Of a stretch of DNA of 64,000 nt, positions 8,697-17,869 are shown in pieces. The notes beneath the pieces are model-generated. The model saw only the letters and a program-made list of their open reading frames with translations. It searched no databases and was not told the origin of the DNA. Location of the stretch: contig CASFWA010000002.1 in assembly GCA_949298405.1 (NCBI GenBank), positions 10,048 through 74,047 on the forward strand. Reading direction: 5' to 3'. This DNA is from an uncultured Pseudomonadota bacterium (lineage in GTDB: Bacteria; Pseudomonadota; Alphaproteobacteria; Rs-D84). How positions within the stretch are numbered: the first letter of the stretch is position 1; every line of letters begins with the position of its first letter. Both the position numbers and the translations under genes were made by a program.

Positions 8697-9530
8697 TTGT
8701 TAAAAAAATATATCAGTATTTATATGACCCAAGATGCATATCGCTCTTTTCGTGCCATATGCCCTAGGAAACTATTTTCTAAATTGATAATTTCTAACAT
8801 TCAATATAGTAATGAAACGTGTCATAAAAAATATCGCAGAAATTTTCAGTTTATACTTTCTGTTCCAAATACAAGTATTGATTCTATATGGAGAATAATA
8901 AATTCAAACATCAATATAAAACAAGAGATTCAATCTGATTGGGAACCTAAAACTACTACCGCACCACAAGTTACAGACAGTATAAAAAAAGACATCCTGC
9001 CTATAACCCAACATACACTACACAAACAATCAGCGACAAAATCTGAACAAGTTGCTGTTAACAAAAAAACTTTTAAAACATCTGAACTTACACCTAAAAT
9101 GGTGGAAGACATTCTTGGAATAGATTACAACCTTTTGCTGGACTCTTACTTTTATTACAATTCTAAATATAGCAACTACTTTGATAGTTATCTAGACGAA
9201 TTATACAATATTAAGGATATATTGGAAAACAATTCCATGTATAAAGAATACAAGCTAGCTTTCATTACATATGCCATAATTATAGAAGAAGAAGATTATA
9301 TAAAGTCTCCTACATTATACGACCCAAATAATTACGATGGAAGTATACCTTGGAATATCTACCCTAAGTACACAACTTTTATTTCATATAATTTAAAAAC
9401 AGAAACTTTTGAAAAATATCCACGAGGTTGGATAAAAATATACGGTTCGCATTTTGATGATATCAAGACTCTATTCAATAGTAAAAATGAAGAAATATTG
9501 TCGGCATTTAAAAATGAAAAAACACGATAA
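8697..9530 (+). CDS. hypothetical protein (AT-rich orphan)
   Basis: 277 aa. TTG start with AAGGA 10 nt upstream; an alternative ATG is at 8724. No motif recognised. Confidence 0.4.
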   Translation: MLKKYISIYMTQDAYRSFRAICPRKLFSKLIISNIQYSNETCHKKYRRNFQFILSVPNTSIDSIWRIINSNINIKQEIQSDWEPKTTTAPQVTDSIKKDILPITQHTLHKQSATKSEQVAVNKKTFKTSELTPKMVEDILGIDYNLLLDSYFYYNSKYSNYFDSYLDELYNIKDILENNSMYKEYKLAFITYAIIIEEEDYIKSPTLYDPNNYDGSIPWNIYPKYTTFISYNLKTETFEKYPRGWIKIYGSHFDDIKTLFNSKNEEILSAFKNEKTR

Positions 9531-9577
9531 AACTACCTTATTTATATGTTGTTTCTAAATTGCCAAAGATATTTTAT

Positions 9578-10153
9578 CTATCTGTTCCTTTCAAATACTT
9601 GTATCTGTATCAACTTTTGATACACTTCGTTATCCACGGCACAGAAGTTTTCTGAATCTATTAAGTTCGCTAAACCTGGTAACCCTAAACTTTTATATAC
9701 TCCTGGTTTTATACATGTACTAAAACCTGTGTAAAACCACTTATTCGGAATAGTAAGTATTTTACCACTCTTTTTATCACGGCATACGATAGTTCCTGCA
9801 TAACCTGTTTGACCCAAAAACTTGATACTTGGTTTAGCGTATCTGGGATTTCGTATAACTTTACCTATATAAGGAACACCAGAATAAGGACTTATACTTA
9901 AAGATACAACCGCAACTAATTCATAACTTTTATTAAACCTAGCATCTTTTTTTAAAATATTTCTAAAATTATTGTAAATTATATTGTCTTCTTTGGATGC
10001 TGCAACGCCATTATTAAGACAACCCGTATCATAATCAAACCATTCAACAAATTGATAATTTGCACCTAATAATTCGTGCATTTTATTTTGTGTTAAAGTT
10101 TCTTTTATTATAGCCATTAAGTAATAAACTAGCACAAAGGAATCCTTTTTCAA
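9578..10153 (-). CDS. hypothetical protein (AT-rich orphan)
   Basis: 191-aa ORF convergent with the 8697 gene. Confidence 0.4.
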   Translation of the reverse strand: MKKDSFVLVYYLMAIIKETLTQNKMHELLGANYQFVEWFDYDTGCLNNGVAASKEDNIIYNNFRNILKKDARFNKSYELVAVVSLSISPYSGVPYIGKVIRNPRYAKPSIKFLGQTGYAGTIVCRDKKSGKILTIPNKWFYTGFSTCIKPGVYKSLGLPGLANLIDSENFCAVDNEVYQKLIQIQVFERNR

Positions 10154-10162
10154 TGAAATTAT

Positions 10163-10197
10163 AAAAGAATCAGCGGTGAAATTCCGCTGATTCTTTT
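10163..10197 (-). terminator. rho-independent terminator after the 10204-11199 gene
   Basis: AAAAGAATCAGCGG-TGAAATT-CCGCTGATTCTTTT, a perfect 14-bp stem. Confidence 0.7.
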
Positions 10198-10203
10198 ATA
10201 TTA

Positions 10204-11199
10204 CTAATTTAACTCTATCAACTCATATTTTGTCGTGCCTAACCCTATTGATTCTGCATACGGTAAAATATGTCGCCCCATCTGTCTGTCAATTCGTTCT
10301 TGTAATTTCTTTGCACCTGTGTCTTTAGACGCATATATCATATCTACAAACGCTTGGTCATTAGCAACTGGATCCGTTGATGCAACAATCCCCAAGTCAG
10401 ACATAACTGGATCCGTTTGATGCGCATCGCAATCACAATCAACTGACAAAAAGTTCATAACTGTTATATATACAATCTGCTTGCCCTGCGAAGCAAAATA
10501 ATCACTAACAGATTTTGCCGCCTCTGCCATTGATTCTATAAATGCCTGTTGTTCTGGTAAATTAGACCACAATATTTCTGGGTCTTCTGTGAACCCTGCT
10601 GAATGAATATAAGCCTTGCCATTTCTTGACGCTATACCAATAGATTGATTCTTTAAACTCGCACCAAAGCCGCCCATTGCATGTCCCTTGCCATGTGCTA
10701 AATTTAATATTGAATCATAATTATCCAAATGTGTCCCAACAAGGTTATATTTTAAATGCTTGCCATTATTAACTGGTATTTTCTTTTCGCCTTCTGCATC
10801 CATAATATCAACGTCCGCAAATTTTGTAAAACCGTGTTCTTCTGCAACCTTTAAATGGTCTTCTACTGTATTGCGTTTTCCAGCATATGCCGTATTACAC
10901 TCAAGAATAGTACCCTTTAATTTCTGAACAAGCGGTCCTATTAATTCAGCCTTTAAATAACCGCGAGAACCAGCCTCGCCAGTTGAAACTTTTACCCCGA
11001 CCCTGCCCTTTAATTCTACGCCAAGTGCGTCATATATTTTTATCAAATTTTCTGGTGTTATATCTTTTACATAATATACTTTTGCTGGTTCGTTTTTCAT
11101 TTCTTTCTCCGCGTTACTAAAACTATTATATATAAACCATATTAATGTTATACCTATTAAAATACTTATAAAAAGTATAAACAATTTTTTATAATTCAT
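10204..11199 (-). CDS. membrane-anchored hypothetical protein, possibly DUF362 family
   Basis: 331 aa with an N-terminal TM helix. Contains a VDCDCDAHQ Cys cluster. The family assignment is a recollection, not verified. Confidence 0.35.
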   Translation of the reverse strand: MNYKKLFILFISILIGITLIWFIYNSFSNAEKEMKNEPAKVYYVKDITPENLIKIYDALGVELKGRVGVKVSTGEAGSRGYLKAELIGPLVQKLKGTILECNTAYAGKRNTVEDHLKVAEEHGFTKFADVDIMDAEGEKKIPVNNGKHLKYNLVGTHLDNYDSILNLAHGKGHAMGGFGASLKNQSIGIASRNGKAYIHSAGFTEDPEILWSNLPEQQAFIESMAEAAKSVSDYFASQGKQIVYITVMNFLSVDCDCDAHQTDPVMSDLGIVASTDPVANDQAFVDMIYASKDTGAKKLQERIDRQMGRHILPYAESIGLGTTKYELIELN

Positions 11200-11269
11200 A
11201 TATTCTCCTTTTTAAGGAAGATTAGCACTATTTAAAACGAAAAGTTATAAACTTTTTATAAGAAATTTA

Positions 11270-12622
11270 TCAAAACCTTTGCATCATAGAAAATTCTATA
11301 CCCCATTTATCAAATTCACGTTGCCATATATTTGAATCACGGCGCATATAACTGAATGTGAAAGTCGGAACAAAATTCCATACCTCCAATTTACTATTTG
11401 AAATTGATACCGCATACCTCTGTGTTAAACTGCTTTCTGCAATTTGTTCAAACTTTCCGTCTTTTACAACCCAGCGCATATCATCATAATCCTGCAAATA
11501 TACAGATACATCAAAATACACATTAAACTGTGCTGGCAAATCTATCCCAAAACCTATTCCTAAACTTGGTCGCCAATTTGAATACACTCTATCCTTTGTA
11601 ACCTCTCTTGCAACTCCTAGTCGCAACATTACGTATTTTGAGGAATCAAACGAATGTATAAAGCGACTTGTAGCGTCATACGTTTGACCATCTAAAATCA
11701 ATCCGAAATCATCGTATGTATTATCACTAACAAGAAACGACAGTTGCCCAGATGTCTTACGTGTAAAATCATAGTTTATATTTAAACGCCCACCAGCAGA
11801 CCAATTATAAGGGTTCCAACCATACCACCGCCTGCTTGCCGTTGCAGCAAACCATACATCACCGTTTTCCCATACATACCTTGGTCCTGAACTTACAAAC
11901 AATAACAAGTCATCAAAATCGTGCTTATTATAGATATTTGCATAAATATTCGCATCCGATTTCCAACGCCACTGTTCTGACAATCGAAACTCGTAATCAC
12001 CACCCAAAACGAAGTTAAACCCAACTGCTTTTTCTGGCTCAGGTAATTGTCTACATAATGGTCCAAAAATCGTATCAACACATTCTTCACCACCAACAGA
12101 AGTGTTAATATTATTATCTGGTGCCATGCCTAAGTTTAAATACACATTCCAGTTTTTGTTCTGACGAATTACGTATCTCATATAATTCATCACATTTTTT
12201 ATATCGTCTGGTAAGTCTTTACCCGCCATGGCACGACGTAACTGATAATCCGCCTGGCGCCATTGTTTTGTATTCATATAGCAAATTGCTAATTCAAATC
12301 GAACTCTTGCTAAATCTGGATATTTATCAAGAATCTTGCGATATATCTTTATCGCTGTTTCATAATCTTTGTTTGCAGTAGCAACACGCCCACGTAAGAA
12401 ATTTTGCTCAATATTTAATGCAACGCTTTCAAATTCTGGTAGGTTATCTAATATAGATTCTGCCTGTTCTATTTCACCCTTGTCTATCAACGCACCAGTT
12501 ATTTTTAGTGCATCAACTGCAGACATAGTAATTTCTTTCGAATTATCTTTCACCTTATGCGATTCTGCCTGGCATAAGCCAGGCAGAACGATAATGATAA
12601 AAGCAAACAATAATCTCTTCAC
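11270..12622 (-). CDS. Slam-like (surface lipoprotein assembly modulator, DUF560) outer-membrane protein
   Basis: 450 aa. Signal peptide, then N-terminal TPR-like repeats, then a C-terminal region of alternating hydrophobic beta-strand pattern ending in a terminal Phe (…MMQRF). Flanked by two lipoprotein genes with TbpB/fHbp-like C-terminal barrels. Confidence 0.6.
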   Translation of the reverse strand: MKRLLFAFIIIVLPGLCQAESHKVKDNSKEITMSAVDALKITGALIDKGEIEQAESILDNLPEFESVALNIEQNFLRGRVATANKDYETAIKIYRKILDKYPDLARVRFELAICYMNTKQWRQADYQLRRAMAGKDLPDDIKNVMNYMRYVIRQNKNWNVYLNLGMAPDNNINTSVGGEECVDTIFGPLCRQLPEPEKAVGFNFVLGGDYEFRLSEQWRWKSDANIYANIYNKHDFDDLLLFVSSGPRYVWENGDVWFAATASRRWYGWNPYNWSAGGRLNINYDFTRKTSGQLSFLVSDNTYDDFGLILDGQTYDATSRFIHSFDSSKYVMLRLGVAREVTKDRVYSNWRPSLGIGFGIDLPAQFNVYFDVSVYLQDYDDMRWVVKDGKFEQIAESSLTQRYAVSISNSKLEVWNFVPTFTFSYMRRDSNIWQREFDKWGIEFSMMQRF

Positions 12623-13530
12623 TATTTCACACCAAAAGCAACATCCATTTTAATACCAGATGTATGCTCTTTAAAATTCACAGTTCCTACTGCTTCTGTC
12701 GGCACACCAATTTCTGTTTTAGGTCCATAATAATTAACTGACATATTTGCACCAGAAGTTATAAATTTATTACCCCCGACATCAAATTTCACTAAATCTT
12801 CTTTGTTCTTATAATTACTAAATTCTATTGTACCTGCGGTATCATCTTTTACTGTGACATCATACCAGTTATCAAATGTAGCGCCAAGTGTACTAACACC
12901 CGTTTCTTTATCAAAGTTTAATACAGCATCACCATCTAATTTTACAAATTCTGAATCTGCACTTGCACCACCAACCGCACGCCCAGAAAATTGCACGTCT
13001 TTTACAATATCCGCAACATCTATCCTTTGTGTTGCATTACCACTAACAAAAACTTTATCTTCTATACCAGCACGATTTGCCTCATTTTCATTTGTAATTT
13101 CATACGTACCAAAGTCCGAATAAGACAAACCTAATTCTTTTCCCAAAGAAGAATAATCCAAACTTTCATCCGCAAATTCTATACGCACGCTAGAAATTCT
13201 ATTTCCACGCGAAGGTCTGGTTCCCCTATCAGATTGCACAATATTTTCTGCATCATTTCCCCTGTCTGTACTCGGCACATAATTTACATCATCACCACGT
13301 TCATCAGTTGGGTCACGTTCAGATGTATCGCCCCTGTCTTCACTTGGTTCTGGATTTGTTTCACCCCGATTGTCACTTGGTAAATAATTTGAACTATTTC
13401 CACGACCTGATGTCGGTATATGCTTAGTACAACCTTCGGCAGAATCAAGGCATGCTGGGGAATATCCACCGCCACCACCACCACAAGCAGCCAAAATAAC
13501 AGTCAGCATTAAACAAGTTATTTTTTTCAT
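12622..13530 (-). CDS. surface lipoprotein (SLP) with TbpB/fHbp-like C-terminal handle-barrel domain
   Basis: 302 aa. Lipobox ILAAC followed by a Gly run. The C-terminal domain ends ...DVAFGVK (FGAK-type ending) and is paralogous to the 13688-14932 product. Confidence 0.65.
   Translation of the reverse strand: MKKITCLMLTVILAACGGGGGGYSPACLDSAEGCTKHIPTSGRGNSSNYLPSDNRGETNPEPSEDRGDTSERDPTDERGDDVNYVPSTDRGNDAENIVQSDRGTRPSRGNRISSVRIEFADESLDYSSLGKELGLSYSDFGTYEITNENEANRAGIEDKVFVSGNATQRIDVADIVKDVQFSGRAVGGASADSEFVKLDGDAVLNFDKETGVSTLGATFDNWYDVTVKDDTAGTIEFSNYKNKEDLVKFDVGGNKFITSGANMSVNYYGPKTEIGVPTEAVGTVNFKEHTSGIKMDVAFGVK
12863..12897. repeat. inverted repeat core A (35 bp identical, within ~90 bp of ~80% identity), inside SLP gene 1
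   Basis: TACCAGTTATCAAATGTAGCGCCAAGTGTACTAAC; its exact reverse complement is at 14648-14682. Confidence 0.85.
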
Positions 13531-13687
13531 TTTCTTCCCCTTGCCTTTACATAATGATTATACCCTATATCTTTTTTATAAACAAGAACTTGTTTTTTAC
13601 GCCTGATGACTTTATTCCCTTGAAAAAGAAATCAGTCCTATACTATACTCAAATATATAAATAGTCCTGTTAGTTAGGAGGATATCC

Positions 13688-14932
13688 ATGAAAAAATTTG
13701 CTTTCTTATTTATTGTGAATGCTTTGGCTGCTTGTAGTTTAAGTAATAGCAATGTTGACGGTTATTCTGCATACCCTGGCAACAGGAATCAATATAATCC
13801 TGGTTTAGACCTACCTTATAAAAATACTGCACAGAATAGCAATAAAGAAATTACAGGAATGGTCTCAAGTTCTTATGACCAGTTAAATAGATTTATAGCA
13901 TACAGGTTATCTGGTTATACCAACTACCCTATTAGCAATTATCAAGAAATTGCAAATTTAGCTGTATGGCTGACTTCCGATGATAGAACTGCATCAGATA
14001 TAAAAGATAAGTTTTATGAGAACTCTACCTTATTACACAATGCAATGTATGTAATTAACAAAAGTTTAGCAAGTTGCGTTAAATTTGTATCTTCTTATTC
14101 TGGCGAAGATGTGGGTAATTGTTTTGTAAAATGGCGCGCAGATAACGCGGTCACTTTTGATAAAGCAGCGCAATCTATTCGTGAAAATGCCGACTTTATA
14201 AATATACAGTCCGCGGAATTTTCTACAAACGATGATATAGTATTAAAGTTCGTTATTGATGACGGCGAAGAAAATAATGGCCCTGGTAAAATAACTGCTA
14301 TAAAAGTCGCAGACCAACAATATAACCGTATTGAAAATACTAATACATTTGAAAATGAAGAATCTATTTTAACTTATAATTCTCTTGGTAAAGAGTTGGG
14401 ACTTTCTTATTCTGATTTCGGAACCTACAAAGTAGTAAACAAAATCAATAACGAAATTTTAACTGATAATACGCCTTTTGCAGGTGGTTATTCCGCAAAA
14501 GAAATTACAGATATTGCACAAAATATCGAATTTACAGGCAAGGCCATCGGCACCGTTTCAAAAATGGCAGAAGATGGCGAGCAAAAGAAACTAGAAAAAA
14601 TTGATATTGCTGGAAATGCTGCGCTAAACTTTGACCCAGAGACGGGCGTTAGTACACTTGGCGCTACATTTGATAACTGGTACGATGTCATAGTAAAAAA
14701 TGATTCTGCGGGTACAATAGAATTTAGTAATTATAAGAACAATGCTAACGAATATGACATGCAGGTATCTGGTGATATGATAGAAGATAAAATAACTGCA
14801 AGCGGTGCAAATATGGATGTAAATTATTATGGTCAATTTCCAGAAAATAAAATACCAACCGAGGCATCTGGATTAGTTCAATACAAAGACGCAAATGGTA
14901 TAAAGTTAGACATGGCATTTGGCGCGAAGTAA
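13688..14932 (+). CDS. surface lipoprotein (SLP) paralog with TbpB/fHbp-like C-terminal domain
   Basis: 414 aa. Lipobox ALAAC. Shares LGKELGLSYSDFGTY, ETGVSTLGATFDNWYDV, AGTIEFSNYKN and C-terminal ...DMAFGAK with the divergent 12622-13530 gene. A strong AGGAGG RBS is present. Confidence 0.65.
   Translation: MKKFAFLFIVNALAACSLSNSNVDGYSAYPGNRNQYNPGLDLPYKNTAQNSNKEITGMVSSSYDQLNRFIAYRLSGYTNYPISNYQEIANLAVWLTSDDRTASDIKDKFYENSTLLHNAMYVINKSLASCVKFVSSYSGEDVGNCFVKWRADNAVTFDKAAQSIRENADFINIQSAEFSTNDDIVLKFVIDDGEENNGPGKITAIKVADQQYNRIENTNTFENEESILTYNSLGKELGLSYSDFGTYKVVNKINNEILTDNTPFAGGYSAKEITDIAQNIEFTGKAIGTVSKMAEDGEQKKLEKIDIAGNAALNFDPETGVSTLGATFDNWYDVIVKNDSAGTIEFSNYKNNANEYDMQVSGDMIEDKITASGANMDVNYYGQFPENKIPTEASGLVQYKDANGIKLDMAFGAK
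14648..14682. repeat. inverted repeat core B (reverse complement of 12863-12897), inside SLP gene 2
   Basis: GTTAGTACACTTGGCGCTACATTTGATAACTGGTA. Confidence 0.85.
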
Positions 14933-14937
14933 AAATT

Positions 14938-16722
14938 TTACGATTTCATAGTCTTATCATCTGACTTGAACTGCATATCGTATAACGTTTTATATGCACC
15001 ACATTCACGGTTTAACAAGTCTTTATGAGTCCCCATTTCTACAATTTCACCATTGTTTATTACAACTATCTTTGATGCGTTCCTTATTGTAGAAAGTCTA
15101 TGTGCTATTACAAAAACTGTCTTATCCTGCATCAGGTTCTCTATCGCTTTTTGTACAACCGATTCCGCCTTGTTATCAAGCGCTGATGTTGCTTCATCCA
15201 AAACCAATATCGGTGCATTCTTTAAAAACGCGCGTGCAATAGCAACCCTTTGTTTCTGCCCACCAGAAAGTAAAATTCCTCGTTCCCCAATTTCTGTGTC
15301 TAAACCATCTTTTAAACTTGCAATAAATTTATCTAAATATGCCATTTTTACTGCTTTCTGTAATTCTTCTTCGCTAGCATCTTTATTACCCAGCATTATA
15401 TTTTCGCGAATTGTACCAGCGAATAAAAAATTATCTTGAAAAACCACACCTATATTCTGCCGAAGCGAATGTAATGTGAAGTCCCTTATATCTGTACCAT
15501 CAATGCAAATTTGCCCCGATGTCACATCATAAAATCTTGGCAGAAGACTTACTAACGTAGTCTTTCCACCACCAGAATTACCAACCAATGCTATTGTTTC
15601 ACCCTGCTTTACAGTTAAATTTATATTTTTTAAAATGGGAACCCCTTGATTATATTCAAACCCTAAATTCTTAAATTCTATCAACTTATGAGTGGCAGGC
15701 ATTTCTTTTGCATTAGGTTTATTTGTTATAGCGGGTTTCGCATTCAAAATATCGAATACTCTATCGATTGCCATAAAAGACATCAAAACAGAATTGTAAT
15801 TAGAACCTATACTTTTCATAGGTGTATACAACATAACCAACGCAGTTAAAAACGATACAAAGTTACCTGCAGAAATTTTACCTTCTAAAATTAAAAAAGA
15901 ACCAAACCAAATAGATAAACCTATACCAATAGACAATATGACATGCATAACCGGTGTCACCCAACGAGTACGCTGCAACATTTTTATCTTTAACCTAAAC
16001 ACACCGTCTAAAACACTATTAAACTTACCTTTTTGATGTTCAGATAAATTATAAGCAATAACCGTCTTGTTCCCAGAATAAGATTCATTATATGCAGTCA
16101 AAAGTGCCGCATCGGCCGCAATAGACTGACTCATAACAGAGTCCACCTTTTTACGCAAAGAACTCATCGGTAAGAAAGCACCTATTAAAATCGCAACACA
16201 TAAAAATGCTAATTGCCACGAATTATAAAATAATACTGCTATCAGTGATATTGCGGTAAACAACTTCTGAACAAATGTTTTTAAATTTGTTAATAATCCT
16301 GCACAGGCCAAATCTGCATTATTATTAAACATAAATATTATGTCACCAGAATTCTTGGTGTTAAAGAAGTTAGTTTCAAAATCTAACATTTTCTTATATA
16401 AATCTAACTTTAATAAATTCGTTATTTTTGCCCCAACCCAAGTATTTAAATAATTCGCAGCGTAAGTTAGTCCTCCTTGAATACAAGTAAACGTAATTAT
16501 AGCAAGCGGTATGTACCATGCGGTCTGTACCGATTTTTCTACCATAACTAAATCCATATACGGTTTTAGCGACAATGCAATTACTGCATCTAATGAACCG
16601 ATAGGAATTGTTATAAGTAAAGACATTAACCCAGGAAACCAATATGGCTTTATATACGGCCACATTCGCTTATAATTCTTTACAAACATATTCTGACTTA
16701 AACGCTGTTTTATTTTACTCAT
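14938..16722 (-). CDS. ABC exporter, fused permease/ATPase (MsbA-like lipid/polysaccharide exporter)
   Basis: 594 aa. Six N-terminal TM segments. Walker A GNSGGGKTT, ABC signature LSGGQKQR, Walker B ILVLDEATSALD. Confidence 0.85.
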   Translation of the reverse strand: MSKIKQRLSQNMFVKNYKRMWPYIKPYWFPGLMSLLITIPIGSLDAVIALSLKPYMDLVMVEKSVQTAWYIPLAIITFTCIQGGLTYAANYLNTWVGAKITNLLKLDLYKKMLDFETNFFNTKNSGDIIFMFNNNADLACAGLLTNLKTFVQKLFTAISLIAVLFYNSWQLAFLCVAILIGAFLPMSSLRKKVDSVMSQSIAADAALLTAYNESYSGNKTVIAYNLSEHQKGKFNSVLDGVFRLKIKMLQRTRWVTPVMHVILSIGIGLSIWFGSFLILEGKISAGNFVSFLTALVMLYTPMKSIGSNYNSVLMSFMAIDRVFDILNAKPAITNKPNAKEMPATHKLIEFKNLGFEYNQGVPILKNINLTVKQGETIALVGNSGGGKTTLVSLLPRFYDVTSGQICIDGTDIRDFTLHSLRQNIGVVFQDNFLFAGTIRENIMLGNKDASEEELQKAVKMAYLDKFIASLKDGLDTEIGERGILLSGGQKQRVAIARAFLKNAPILVLDEATSALDNKAESVVQKAIENLMQDKTVFVIAHRLSTIRNASKIVVINNGEIVEMGTHKDLLNRECGAYKTLYDMQFKSDDKTMKS

Positions 16723-16730
16723 AACAGTCT

Positions 16731-17858
16731 CTACTTTGCTTTATAGTTATTAATAATTGCCTGAACCAACTGCATTTCTGTGAAATCGGCAGCGTCATAT
16801 TCTCTGACCTTATCGCTAACATTCGGTAAATGATGTACAGAATACAAATCTTTTATTCTTGCTGATGATATATGCGGTTTAAAAATTCTAAAATCTGTAT
16901 ATATTAAATCCATAGGACGATTGGCAGCAGTTAATAATACAGATAACCCAGACGCTAAACCTATGATTCCAGCAGACCGCTCTGCCAATGCAAATATTTC
17001 TGCCATATTTGTATCAAATGATACAGAATCTGAAAAAATATTGTTAATATCATTTACAAAAACATCATACCCTATTCTTTTAAACTCTTTTATCAGCAAA
17101 TGCCAAAAAGCATTAGACATTCCAGATAAAGAATTTGCACCAGGTAAAATAATAACGAATGGGTGCTTAAATTTATCTGCAAGTTTTCTATCTATTTTTA
17201 ATGCAACAGACTTATCAATTTTAGGTTTTTGCATTACAGATTTTTTAGTTAAATCAAAATCTTTGCATATATAATCATAAAAATTTGCCAGACCTGTTTC
17301 TTCATATATTCTGTTAAGATTTTCTGCGATTTTATATGTAGGACAAAATAACTTTCTGCCCTTATATTCAACACTTTCACAATCCAAGGCATCTTGAAGG
17401 TTATTTTTATCTATTTCAATGTATTTAATATCAATGCCTCTTGGTAAAAACATCTTATAAAAAGGAATATATTTTTTCTGCCAAACTATCAATAAAGGCT
17501 TTCTGGTGCCGCTGGCTTTTACCCACGATTTCAAATGGGTCAAGTATATATAACTTTCCCCGATATTATGTCGAATTATATAAACCCCATCATATTTTTT
17601 ACTGATTTGGTTAAATAACTTATTAAGAATTTTTCGTCTAAGGTTTTCCCTATATACCGGCAGGCAGCAAACTTTACTTATAGCATAATGATTTTTTATG
17701 CGCCTTTTATAAAGTCTAAGCCCTAACAGCCTGAAATCTTGTGTACCACGTGACGACTTTTTAAAACGCAATACGCCGCATAATATCGAATAAGTCTTTT
17801 CATTACCCCAATCATGATTATATGATGCGGAATTATAAATAATATTTTTAATCATCAC
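16731..17858 (-). CDS. putative glycosyltransferase (GT9-like C-terminal half)
   Basis: 375 aa. The C-terminal VIILPGANS...AGIIGLASGLSVLLTAANRPMDLIY resembles the heptosyltransferase (GT9) donor-binding region. Confidence 0.35.
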   Translation of the reverse strand: MMIKNIIYNSASYNHDWGNEKTYSILCGVLRFKKSSRGTQDFRLLGLRLYKRRIKNHYAISKVCCLPVYRENLRRKILNKLFNQISKKYDGVYIIRHNIGESYIYLTHLKSWVKASGTRKPLLIVWQKKYIPFYKMFLPRGIDIKYIEIDKNNLQDALDCESVEYKGRKLFCPTYKIAENLNRIYEETGLANFYDYICKDFDLTKKSVMQKPKIDKSVALKIDRKLADKFKHPFVIILPGANSLSGMSNAFWHLLIKEFKRIGYDVFVNDINNIFSDSVSFDTNMAEIFALAERSAGIIGLASGLSVLLTAANRPMDLIYTDFRIFKPHISSARIKDLYSVHHLPNVSDKVREYDAADFTEMQLVQAIINNYKAK

Positions 17859-17869
17859 TTCATATACTC

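Noticed and set aside
12854-13123. ORF-track entries 12854-13123(+) and 14488-14691(-) starting MTSYQLSNV
   Set aside because: These are antisense translations of the paralogous SLP coding regions. Their identity simply reflects the inverted repeat and they are not separate genes.
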